Shown: one piece after another, positions 9,871 through 18,531 of the stretch
How the letters are laid out: each line of letters starts with the position of its first letter
How positions within the stretch are numbered: position 1 is the stretch's first letter
Assembly (NCBI GenBank): GCA_030649835.1
Contig: JAUSES010000060.1
Location: 6,411 to 70,410 of the forward strand
Direction: 5' to 3'
DNA: 64,000 nucleotides
Origin: a bacterium
GTDB taxonomy: Bacteria; Patescibacteriota; Minisyncoccia; Phycocordibacterales; UBA1550
Made by a program: the position numbers and the translations under genes
The notes under the pieces: generated by a model
What the model saw: only the letters and a program-made list of their open reading frames with translations
Database searches by the model: none
What the model was told of the DNA's origin: nothing

Positions 9871-9892
9871 TAGTGGGTTCCTCTAGGCGAGC
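9835..9892 (-). terminator. Imperfect 22-bp hairpin followed by a U-tract (minus sense), a probable terminator after ORF 9981..10733.
   Basis: aacccactattgaggacctgac...gtcgggacctcaatagtgggtt is an inverted repeat. It is followed on the minus strand by 'tttattttat'. Confidence 0.5.
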
Positions 9893-9980
9893 GGATATAA
9901 AATATCCTGTGTCTAGCATAAAGAAACCCGTGTTTTTTCAACACGGGTCATGGATGGGTTTATTGTGGGTTACAGATGGG

Positions 9981-10733
9981 TTATTCTACAATTATCCTGA
10001 AACCAACTTTTTCAATATTGTGAAATATATCGGTGTTAACAGCACAGCCTTCAGGTAATATCTGCAAGTCTTCTTTAATTGTTTTAATTATTTGTCCTAT
10101 ATCAGAATATTCTGTTTTATTCAGCGGGAAGCCGAGCGCGTTGCAAAGGTCTTTATAGCTAGCTTGCTTTTCATTGGCATTCAATAATGTTTTCAACACA
10201 TTAAATTTTTGTTGATCTGCTTTAAAATTTACTTTTACTTTTCCAAGAGTTGTATCTCCAGTAATTGTATTGAAGGTAAGTTTATTTTTTCTACCAAGTG
10301 TAATTATACTTGGGTTGACGATTGTGGTTTTAGGTAGTTTCTTATTGAATACGTCGTCACCAGCCTCTTTCAAGAGGTTTAGGTGCTTGCTTGTTTCTGT
10401 GCGAATATTTTTTAGCAGGGTCTGAGATTCCTCACTTTGAATATTGCTGTATTCAATTCCTCCCTTTAAATTAGGAACGCTGTCTGCTTCGTAAAACTTA
10501 TAAAATTCGATATTATCCCTTTTTGCCATAGTGAGGAAATCTTTTATATCTGACTTCCAAATTTGATATCTAGAAAAAACTTCATCAAGTATATTTTTCT
10601 CTGCATATATAGCATCTCCTTCTTGGGCTTGGCGAGTAATATTTATACCCTCCAATATCAAGTCAGAAAATACTCTTTTGAGTTTACTAGGCGCCATGAT
10701 TGTAAATCCTACTCTTTTTTGACATAATGGCAA
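9981..10733 (-). CDS. Hypothetical protein on the island.
   Basis: Clean 250-aa ORF. I recognise no domain. Confidence 0.5.
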   Translation of the reverse strand: MPLCQKRVGFTIMAPSKLKRVFSDLILEGINITRQAQEGDAIYAEKNILDEVFSRYQIWKSDIKDFLTMAKRDNIEFYKFYEADSVPNLKGGIEYSNIQSEESQTLLKNIRTETSKHLNLLKEAGDDVFNKKLPKTTIVNPSIITLGRKNKLTFNTITGDTTLGKVKVNFKADQQKFNVLKTLLNANEKQASYKDLCNALGFPLNKTEYSDIGQIIKTIKEDLQILPEGCAVNTDIFHNIEKVGFRIIVE

Positions 10734-10939
10734 TACAACTGAATAGCAGTCGGCCTAACCCTTAGGAGTTTAAATGCTTAAGGTATGGTTGCGCAAATCC
10801 CATGGAAGGTACTGAACCCCGCGTTCAGCGACTCTTCCATGGGTCATATCGGGAAACTGGTATGTGGACGCAAGTCCTAGCTGGCGCGGGGTTCTGTGTT
10901 TATACCCCACGCTAGCTATATTATTGGCTAGCTATTTTT

Positions 10940-11206
10940 ATGAAAATTAACTCATCTTTATTAATATCAGGAATAACATTAATTATAGGTTTAACATTTA
11001 GTAAAACCGATCTTTTTTTACCTATTTCAGTATTAATTGCAAGTATCATTGGCCTCATTACTAGACAATGGGTTACATCAGACAGACTTGGAAGGGCTAC
11101 TAGGTTGAGCATCTTACTTAAATTCTTTTTATCTCTTATTGGTTTTTATGCAATGATAGGTCAACTCGTATGTATTTGGCTATTAGTAAGGTGGTTTATT
11201 CTATAA
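10940..11206 (+). CDS. Small membrane protein (3 TM helices).
   Basis: Hydrophobic 88-aa ORF. It is the first in a plus-strand run of small ORFs. Confidence 0.4.
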   Translation: MKINSSLLISGITLIIGLTFSKTDLFLPISVLIASIIGLITRQWVTSDRLGRATRLSILLKFFLSLIGFYAMIGQLVCIWLLVRWFIL

Positions 11207-11514
11207 AACATGAAAATATGTCCCAAATAATTACATATAGACACGACAGAGAATATGGATACTGTCATATAAAACTCGACTCTGGAGAAAGAATTCTGTT
11301 ATCAGAGGCGAGTGACTATATAAAAATCTTCAAATTACTTTTTGGTATCATTCCAATAAAAACAATTTGGAAATGGCATAGAACAAACGATCCAAAAGAA
11401 ACCGTACTTAAAATTATGGACAATCATCAAGATACTAGTTTCTTTGATTCATTTGTAAAAGAAATACAAAAATATCGCTCAACCGATGAGATTAAAAATA
11501 AATTCGGTAAATAA
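11170..11514 (+). CDS. Hypothetical protein. The probable start is the Met at 11218.
   Basis: Soluble ORF of 98-114 aa. I recognise no domain. Confidence 0.4.
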   Translation: MYLAISKVVYSIKHENMSQIITYRHDREYGYCHIKLDSGERILLSEASDYIKIFKLLFGIIPIKTIWKWHRTNDPKETVLKIMDNHQDTSFFDSFVKEIQKYRSTDEIKNKFGK

Positions 11515-11523
11515 AATAAATTT

Positions 11524-11835
11524 ATGGACAAAAATTATCAGAAATATTTATCGATAACAGCGGGAATAATGCTCCTCTTGGCTATCCCAGCAATCTGGCC
11601 TTATGGATATTTTCAGATTCTAAGGTGGATTGTTGCTGGAGTGGCCGTGTATAACGCATATTTCGCATACGAACTAAAGAAAAATGAATGGGTGCTTATT
11701 ATGATTGCCGTAGCAATACTATTTAACCCGATAGCTCCAATTTTTCTCCAAAAAGAAACTTGGGTAATTCTAGACCTGGTTGCCTCTGTTTTAATGTTTG
11801 TCTCAATTATAAAATTAAAAACTAAAAAATCATGA
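11524..11835 (+). CDS. Small membrane protein (3 TM helices).
   Basis: Hydrophobic 103-aa ORF. Its end overlaps the next ORF by 4 nt (ATGA). Confidence 0.5.
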   Translation: MDKNYQKYLSITAGIMLLLAIPAIWPYGYFQILRWIVAGVAVYNAYFAYELKKNEWVLIMIAVAILFNPIAPIFLQKETWVILDLVASVLMFVSIIKLKTKKS

Positions 11836-12365
11836 TAGAAAAAATTAAAAACATAGGGTGGACTGGGGCTGGCTTGCTCTTTATTCTATTGGTATTTATT
11901 CTAATAGGCTTTTTGGTGGTGGGAGGAGTTGGTTTTATTGAGAATCATCAAAACCTGATAGAATCAGTAAATAATGTAACTGCGGGTATTTTCGTATTAT
12001 TACTTCTTTTTTCTGTAATACCAAAATTACGAATTTTCACTGGAACTGGGATTGTATTTTTAACATACATCTGGATATTTTTGCTATGGTTAACTTGCTT
12101 AGTTATAACTTACGAATTCTGGGGCCTTATAGGAATCTTTATCGGTGTAATAATGTTTGGTGTGGGTTTATTTATTACCGCCCCTCTTGCTTTACTTTTT
12201 TCAGGCCAAGGGTTTGGCGCACTTCTGTTGCTTCTCTCTATTGGGCTTACTTACCTAATAAGAAATTTGGGGATCTGGATTGTCAGCAAGTATCCAGAGG
12301 CAGGTGTCTCTACTGAGATAAACACAAGCGACATAAATGAAGTAAATGATAAATTTGATAAATAA
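11832..12365 (+). CDS. Membrane protein (4-5 TM helices).
   Basis: 177 aa, very hydrophobic, with an acidic C-terminal tail. Confidence 0.5.
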   Translation: MIEKIKNIGWTGAGLLFILLVFILIGFLVVGGVGFIENHQNLIESVNNVTAGIFVLLLLFSVIPKLRIFTGTGIVFLTYIWIFLLWLTCLVITYEFWGLIGIFIGVIMFGVGLFITAPLALLFSGQGFGALLLLLSIGLTYLIRNLGIWIVSKYPEAGVSTEINTSDINEVNDKFDK

Positions 12366-12389
12366 ATTTTTTATAAAAACATTATTAAT

Positions 12390-12761
12390 ATGAGAATTTG
12401 TATCAAATGCAAAAAAAGAGAAGGTTCTTGGTGGGACCATTTGTGTCAGTATTGTCGCAAGATACCAGTATCTAAACCAGAAGCTCTTGCCTATGAAAAA
12501 TTAAATGAATCTAAAGATATTTTGAGTCAAGATAGGATTGAATATACCGTCAATCTAGAAAAAGCAACTAGTAGTTATTCCTCGAAGTTTGTTAATTTAA
12601 GTAAGGAACTTATTGAGAAGCTAGTAGGATTTTTGTTTCTTGTATTGTTTATGTTTTTAATTTATTTTGTAGCTAGTTGGTTTAAATTTGATACAAATAA
12701 TAATGCTGAAAATTACGAGCCATGCAAAACTTCTGGACACCAACTTTGGCAAGATTGCTGA
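12390..12761 (+). CDS. Zinc-ribbon protein with a C-terminal TM helix.
   Basis: The N-terminus 'CIKCKKREGSWWDHLCQYC' is a CxxC...CxxC motif. A hydrophobic segment follows at 'FLFLVLFMFLIYFVASWF'. Confidence 0.5.
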   Translation: MRICIKCKKREGSWWDHLCQYCRKIPVSKPEALAYEKLNESKDILSQDRIEYTVNLEKATSSYSSKFVNLSKELIEKLVGFLFLVLFMFLIYFVASWFKFDTNNNAENYEPCKTSGHQLWQDC

Positions 12762-12787
12762 TGTAAAAATGAGATATAATTACAAAT

Positions 12788-13069
12788 ATGAATGAAAAAG
12801 AAATATTAAAACTTAATGACGAAGTGCTAAAGATGAACAGTCTTGACTTCGCTAACTTTTTAGAAAAGAAAACGAAAACATACCAAGATGTTGAGCAGAC
12901 AGTATCTCAGGGTGGGGATGTTGCGTTTAAAACTATTCTTGCATTAAAGTATAAGGTATTTATTTTGGAAAACTCCAAGAAGAAACTGATTGTATATTCC
13001 TTCTTACTAACTATAATCATAGTACCTTTAATTATCCAAAGTCTTTCTTTTGTACTTCCAGAAATGTAA
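12788..13069 (+). CDS. Small protein with a C-terminal TM helix.
   Basis: 93-aa ORF. Confidence 0.4.
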   Translation: MNEKEILKLNDEVLKMNSLDFANFLEKKTKTYQDVEQTVSQGGDVAFKTILALKYKVFILENSKKKLIVYSFLLTIIIVPLIIQSLSFVLPEM

Positions 13070-13079
13070 AAATAAATGA

Positions 13080-13277
13080 TTGAGGTATCTTAAAGAAAAT
13101 CAAAATACTATGAAAAAATTAATAGGTCTTATCTCAACAAAAGGCAAGACCTCTGAGCAAGCAAGCAAGGAGGTTACGGACGCTTTCCACAAGTTCAACA
13201 AGATACAAAAGCAGGTTGAAATTGAAATGCGAGAGGAGGAGCTGTCACTCACACCCCAGCACGAGTGTCAGAAATGA
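13080..13277 (+). CDS. Small charged/coiled-coil protein.
   Basis: 65-aa ORF. Confidence 0.3.
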   Translation: MRYLKENQNTMKKLIGLISTKGKTSEQASKEVTDAFHKFNKIQKQVEIEMREEELSLTPQHECQK

Positions 13278-13301
13278 AAATAACAGCGGTAATATAAAAA
13301 T

Positions 13302-14063
13302 ATGCTTGGCGCAATTATTGGTGATTTTGTGGGGTCATACTATGAGTTTAACGCGGTCAAAACAAAAGACTTCGACCTTTTCCCCGTGGGCTCGAAATTT
13401 ACCGACGATACTATTCTTACCCTCGCTACAGCACACGCTATTCTAAATAAAGAAGATTACGGTAAATCTTACAAAAACTTTTTTTGGCAATACCCACTTA
13501 AAAACTACGGCGAGCGATTTTACGCATGGGGCAAAAGAGACGACTCTGAGCCATACAATAGTTTTGGTAACGGGTCTGCGATGAGGGTAGCTCCTGTCGG
13601 GTGGGCTTTCAATATCATTGAGCAGGTTCTTGAGGAGGCAAAGAAGAGCGCTGAAGTGACCCATAATCACCCAGAGGGGATAAAAGGCGCTCAAGCCGTA
13701 GCAAGCGCAATATTCCTCGCAAGAACTGGGGCAAGCAAAAAAACAATCAAGGAATACATAGAATTAAATTTTGAGTACGACCTAGATCGTTCCGTGGATG
13801 AGATACGGGAAACGGCCGTCTTTAACGAGACGTGTATGATAAGCGTTCCCGAGGCGATTATTTGTTTCCTTGATTCTGAATCATTTGAAGATGCCCTACG
13901 AAATGCAGTTTCTCTTGGGGCAGATGCTGACACCCAGGCATGCATCGCCGGAGCAATAGCAGAAGCATTTTACAAAGAGATACCGGATTTTATACGAGAG
14001 GAGGTATTGAAGCGCTTACCTAAGAAATTCCATGGGATGATTGATGAAATACTCACTGCATAA
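13302..14063 (+). CDS. ADP-ribosylglycohydrolase family protein (DraG/ARH-like).
   Basis: N-terminal 'GAIIGDFVGSYYEF', mid 'GNGSAMRVAPVG' and C-terminal 'GADADTQACIAGAIAEAF' match the binuclear-Mg ARH signature. Confidence 0.85.
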   Translation: MLGAIIGDFVGSYYEFNAVKTKDFDLFPVGSKFTDDTILTLATAHAILNKEDYGKSYKNFFWQYPLKNYGERFYAWGKRDDSEPYNSFGNGSAMRVAPVGWAFNIIEQVLEEAKKSAEVTHNHPEGIKGAQAVASAIFLARTGASKKTIKEYIELNFEYDLDRSVDEIRETAVFNETCMISVPEAIICFLDSESFEDALRNAVSLGADADTQACIAGAIAEAFYKEIPDFIREEVLKRLPKKFHGMIDEILTA

Positions 14064-14167
14064 GAAACGCTTCCAAATATCTCCCGTTTCCATGTGCTGA
14101 TTCTGCGCGATCAACCAGAATTCTGTAATTTTTTATTTCCATTTTTTAAATATAAATATGATGTACC

Positions 14168-16561
14168 CTACAGGCGAACTTGCTCTTGTACGTCTAGTTG
14201 AATCAGTTCTTGGAATTCATTCAATGTAATTACTTCCTCTCTAAAATTATCTGAATCAGATAAATCTCTTACCGTTAAAATAAAGGCGTAGGGTTGATTT
14301 TCTAAGTTTTCTTTTCCAAGAATTTTACTTTCATAAGATTGTGTTGCAGACAACTGTAAAAGTACCTCTAGCACAGTAGATGGTACTTTTTTCTTTATTT
14401 TTTTAAAATGAATCACATTGTGATTTGGGTTCCTGTAATGGTCCCATGTTGGAGTCTGGTTTAGAGACAGTGCTTTATTTTTTTCTTCAACCTCACCATT
14501 TTCATCAAGGATTGGGACCAAGAACCGAACTGCTGGTTCAACACTCATCATCTTATATTCTTTTGGGTAATTTTTATCAACGGGAGGGTTATAAGCAAGA
14601 GTGAATATAAACTCTACCTTTTTACCCAAGATACTTTCTGGGAGCTGTATTTGTAATTTGTGTTTCCTCTCAACGTAATTAATCTTATCTGCATACATTA
14701 ATGTTAGTTCATTTTCATTATCCTTTAAAGCAAGCTTGTGGTCGGGGACTCCAAAACCATATGCTCGTTTTATATGGTCATCCTCGATTTTTACTTGTGG
14801 AGCTTTTGCGGTTGAATGAATCAAAAGTGCCTTAACGAGATTAAGTTTATTGTTCTCTAAATCAACATAATCTGATGCTTTCGCTTTCTTTATAAAATCT
14901 AACAAAAACGCACATTATCTAGTGATTAAAGGCGCACTTAGGCTAGTGCCAATGTCTTTGTTGAGGCCATCCTTATTTATGCTCTCAACGCCAAAAACCT
15001 GATTTGAGGATATCATGTGAGCATTTCCATAACCAAAGCTTGGGTCTTTTTTTACATTACCTCCATTAGCAACCAATTCTGGTTTCTTAATATCTTTAGC
15101 GACACTGGAAGTACGCGTAAAAGGGGCTGGGAACCCTTGCTCAACATTTACACAACTAGCGTCAGCCTTACCCGAAATTGAGCCAACTGAAATTACATTA
15201 AGAGCATCACTTGGTGATGCAATAAGAGATTTTTCTTGTTTAAAAATAGTATTGTAATTTTCACTAGCGTAAACTTGATGGTTACCGACAGAACAAACAA
15301 ATATCACATCGTACTCCCTAGCTATATTATCCAAGAATTCGGTCAATTCACTCACGTCGTCTTTGTCTATCGGTTCATTTTCATTAATAGAGAGATTATA
15401 TATTGAAATATCTTCATACCTATTTACAACCTCAGAAATTGCACCCTTTAGTTCATCAAGGGAGACGCATTTTGAATCACTACCATCCAAATACAATACT
15501 TGTATGTCTAGAATATTACATGTTGGAGCAATAGAACCACCCCCTGTTAATTGCATAAAGAAGTTGTCACCAAACAAAATTCGGCTGGCCACAATAGTAC
15601 CGTGGTTCTTGTCCTCGACCTGATGTCGAGACAAATAATTATGGTGATGAGCCCTAAGCTGTTGGAGTATTGGATTATATATACCACTATCAATGAGACC
15701 CACTCTTTCTGCTGTTAGTGGAGCAAGGAGATTCAGTGCCCCAAGATTAATCTCTGGGATACACCTCTGTGAACTCAAAATTGGTTGCTCTCTTATTTTG
15801 CCGATAAAATTAAAATCTGCATCACTTAAAATACCAATAATTTCATTTGCTGTAAGGGTCGCCAAGAATGATATGTTACTAAAAAATAAGTTTATATTTC
15901 TCTTTTTCAATTTTCCACGAAAAACAAGTTGATCGTTCAAAGAATCAAAGAGTGTGTCGTATTTATCTTTGCCAATATTTGGGTAAATCTCAATAATGCA
16001 ATCAATTGTTTGATTTAAAATATTGCCATGAATAAGTGAGTAGATATAATTACTTACCCGGCCCTCAATGATTGTATTACGGTCTGTGACTGCCGACATG
16101 GCATACAATTCACGCAACAGATTCTTGTCTTTTTTTCTTGGTAAATCCTCCCCTGTGAGGGCAGCATCAAATGAGCCGCTATTGCTTATACTAACCAAAC
16201 GGTCAAAATCCTCTATTTTCCCACTAACGATAAATGTTTTGTCGTTTTTAGAACCAACAATTTCAAGCCCCGTCTCATTCCACACATCAGCAGGACTGTT
16301 AGATTTTGAGTTTGCCAGCTCATCTAATTCGACTTCGACATACAGTAATTTCCCGGCAGTTTTTGCTTCCGATTTTATTTTTTTAACAGTTGTATCAATC
16401 TGCCTTACGCGCTTTGAAAACACTCTGGCGTAATGTTCGCGGGTATCATCAGTAATTTTCTTTTCCCAAAACGACTTCCAAAAATCAGAACCTCCTCCAG
16501 GCTTTTTACCTTTATTTATCTTCTTTTTGGGTACAACAATTGAAAAGTTCATATATTTCAT
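14168..16561 (-). pseudogene. ietS: Subtilase (peptidase S8), IetS-like. It is split into ORFs 14915..16561 and 14168..14905 by a single in-frame TAA at 14915..14917.
   Basis: The Asp motif 'VGLIDSGI', the His motif 'NHGTIVASR' and the Ser motif 'GTSLSAPLITR*' are present. The downstream ORF is in the same frame and continues with a subtilase-like C-terminus ('LVKALLIHS', 'AYGFGVPD'). Confidence 0.6.
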
Positions 16562-17661
16562 TTTATATTGTCACGAAGCGTAGTGTACGCAATACCAGAA
16601 ACTTCAGATATGTCAATTAAATTGAAACTGCTATCTTTTAACACTTGCGCAATTTCATAAAGATTCTTTTTGTTAAGCCTCTGTTTTGATGTTAATTGGT
16701 GATTAAAAGAAATAATATGTTTTAAGCAAAAAATATTATCTAAGCTTATACCCTCTATTACCGATGCTCTTTTTATGTTTTGGCATATATCATTAATTAA
16801 AGAACCATTTAAACCAACAGTGACTCTTGCCATTAAATTATAGTCTAATGATTTATTTTTATTAAAATCACTTAAAAACAACTCAAACAATAGAGCCCTC
16901 GATTCCTCTTCTGGGGTATTAATTTCTAACCTTAGCCCGAATCGTCTCCATAGTGCCTTGTCCAACAACTCATCATGATTTGTTGCTCCAATTAGAATTG
17001 AAGTCACTGGGAATAAGTCAATATTTTGAAGTAACACAGTAACTACTCTCTTTAATTCCCCCAACTCCCTTGCATCATCTCGATGTTTAGCTACTGTATC
17101 AATTTCGTCAAAAAAGATGACTACTCGCTCCCTTTTTGCAATTTCAAAAACCTCGCTAATGTTTTTCCCTGTTTTACCTAAATACGATGAGACTAGTTCA
17201 TCTAATTTGACAATAATAAGTGGGAGGTTCAATTTATTCGCAAGAGCATAAGCTAATCTTGTTTTCCCTGTACCAGGTGGTCCATAGAAAAGAATTTTGT
17301 TTATAGGGGAAATATTATTTTTAAGTAACTTATCAAAAGCTTCCCAATGCTTTATAAACTCAATTATGGTTGTCCTTGTATTTGGATTAAGGACAACAGA
17401 ATCTAATTCGATGTTTGAGTAAATTTTTTCAAAAAGAGTATCGTTATTGTTTAGATTTATATTCCTAGAAGTTAACGACTGCCCAGATAAGGAATGCCCC
17501 CTAGACACATCTTTAATCAGATTTGACAATCTTTTGGCAACTAATATTTTTCCGTTAGCTCTTTGTTTTTTTATCTCCTTTTCTAGGACAGAAACAACCT
17601 CCTCGTTTTTACCTGAGGAAAAAGCCTTTACGATATCTTCTACGATATTTATAGTTGCCAT
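16558..17661 (-). CDS. ietA: AAA+ ATPase, IetA-like partner of the subtilase.
   Basis: Walker A 'GPPGTGKT', Walker B 'VIFFDEIDTV' and the classic AAA sensor region are present. Its stop overlaps the start of the S8 gene (ATGA). Confidence 0.8.
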   Translation of the reverse strand: MATINIVEDIVKAFSSGKNEEVVSVLEKEIKKQRANGKILVAKRLSNLIKDVSRGHSLSGQSLTSRNINLNNNDTLFEKIYSNIELDSVVLNPNTRTTIIEFIKHWEAFDKLLKNNISPINKILFYGPPGTGKTRLAYALANKLNLPLIIVKLDELVSSYLGKTGKNISEVFEIAKRERVVIFFDEIDTVAKHRDDARELGELKRVVTVLLQNIDLFPVTSILIGATNHDELLDKALWRRFGLRLEINTPEEESRALLFELFLSDFNKNKSLDYNLMARVTVGLNGSLINDICQNIKRASVIEGISLDNIFCLKHIISFNHQLTSKQRLNKKNLYEIAQVLKDSSFNLIDISEVSGIAYTTLRDNIK

Positions 17662-18041
17662 AAAATCCGTAATTTAAAAAAACCAACTAAATTAATACTC
17701 TTATTGTATCATATTACGAAAATTAATGTAAACCATATTTTCGTAATTATATTTGTACCCCCCTGATGAGCACTCCAAAGAATAGCTAAAAAATATAAAT
17801 GAGTTTTTGAGAATTAATTTTCCCCAAGAGCCTGGGGGTATGGGTATCCCCCCAGGCTCAAAATGGCTCTATGTTCACACAAACTACCCAACGCCGTATT
17901 TTCCATCACACGGGGGCCTACGTCGAGGGGTATGCACACCGCCCCTGCCCTATTGCACTGAGAGATTGGGAACATAAAAATCATCAGATCGAGTGGCTAT
18001 CCAAGTTCTAATAGCCTCGACTGTTCGGAGCAAATTAAAAC

Positions 18042-18066
18042 CCCTCGAAAGAGGGTGTTTTTATTT
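18042..18066 (+). terminator. Short GC hairpin plus T-tract (cccctc-gaaa-gagggtg-ttttt).
   Basis: Stem-loop followed by 'tgtttttatttg' inside the long noncoding tract. Confidence 0.4.
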
Positions 18067-18089
18067 GCTCCGCGGAGTAAAGCGAAGCT

Positions 18090-18460
18090 TTACGGTAGGG
18101 ATCGAACAGCGGAGCGATATTTTGTTAGCAAACAAAATCGCGAGCTGGTGCCCAGACAGAACTTTTTGACGAAAAAGTTTTAGTCGAGGGAGATATCCCT
18201 ATCCGCCCGGTAAGATCGAAGACCTTGAGTATATTTATGATGATGTACTCATCTGAAGAAATACAAAGGTGTACCGTTCCTGTAAGGAAAGATACCCCTA
18301 CCCTTAGGGATCGAACCGAAGACCCACCATTTTGGGAATGAGAGTATTCTCGAAGACCTACAAAATGGATGGTCTCGATCGCATGGAAGGGCGATCATGC
18401 ATACAATCAGCACAGCGACCTGGTAAATCGTGACCACTCCCTACTAGCAGAGTCAGTAAG
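18090..18460. repeat. Array of at least three related structured elements (about 110-150 nt each). Each is framed by 'gtagggatcgaa' ... 'ccctac(ccgc)' and contains paired hairpins.
   Basis: Similar cores occur at 18097, 18209 and 18303. 3' motifs 'gata[ct]ccctaccc' occur at about 18200, 18290 and 18447. Internal stems include 'aactttttg/caaaaagtt' and 'gacccaccattttg/caaaatggatggtc'. Confidence 0.45.
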
Positions 18461-18531
18461 GGCACAATAAAAATACCTATAGATACTTTAAAAGACTAGA
18501 ACTTGTTTTAAAAAAATGGTAATTTGAATTT

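Larger units (their letters stand above)
6387..17760. mobile_element. Putative integrative genomic island at tRNA-Asn. It holds a serine recombinase, a RepA-like ATPase, accessory ORFs, an ADP-ribosylglycohydrolase and ietAS.
   Basis: The recombinase gene overlaps the tRNA 3' end. The gene content is mobile/defense-like. This segment, especially 9.9-13.3 kb, is visibly AT-richer than its flanks. The right boundary is not defined. Confidence 0.5.

Noticed and set aside
17761-17790. 'CUGAUGA' core resembling a hammerhead ribozyme at 17763
   Set aside because: No stem II partner and no GAAA bulge follow the CUGAUGA heptamer at the expected spacing. An isolated 7-mer is expected by chance.
17760-18460. 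tmRNA (ssrA) or RNase P RNA in the 0.8-kb noncoding tract
   Set aside because: I looked for the tmRNA tRNA-like 3' end (GGTTCGAATCC..CCACCA), a tag-peptide reading frame ending in Ala-Ala, and the RNase P P4 motifs (AGGAAAGTCC / ACAGAACCCGGCTTA) on both strands. None is present. The T-arm-like 12-mers belong to the repeated structured elements instead.
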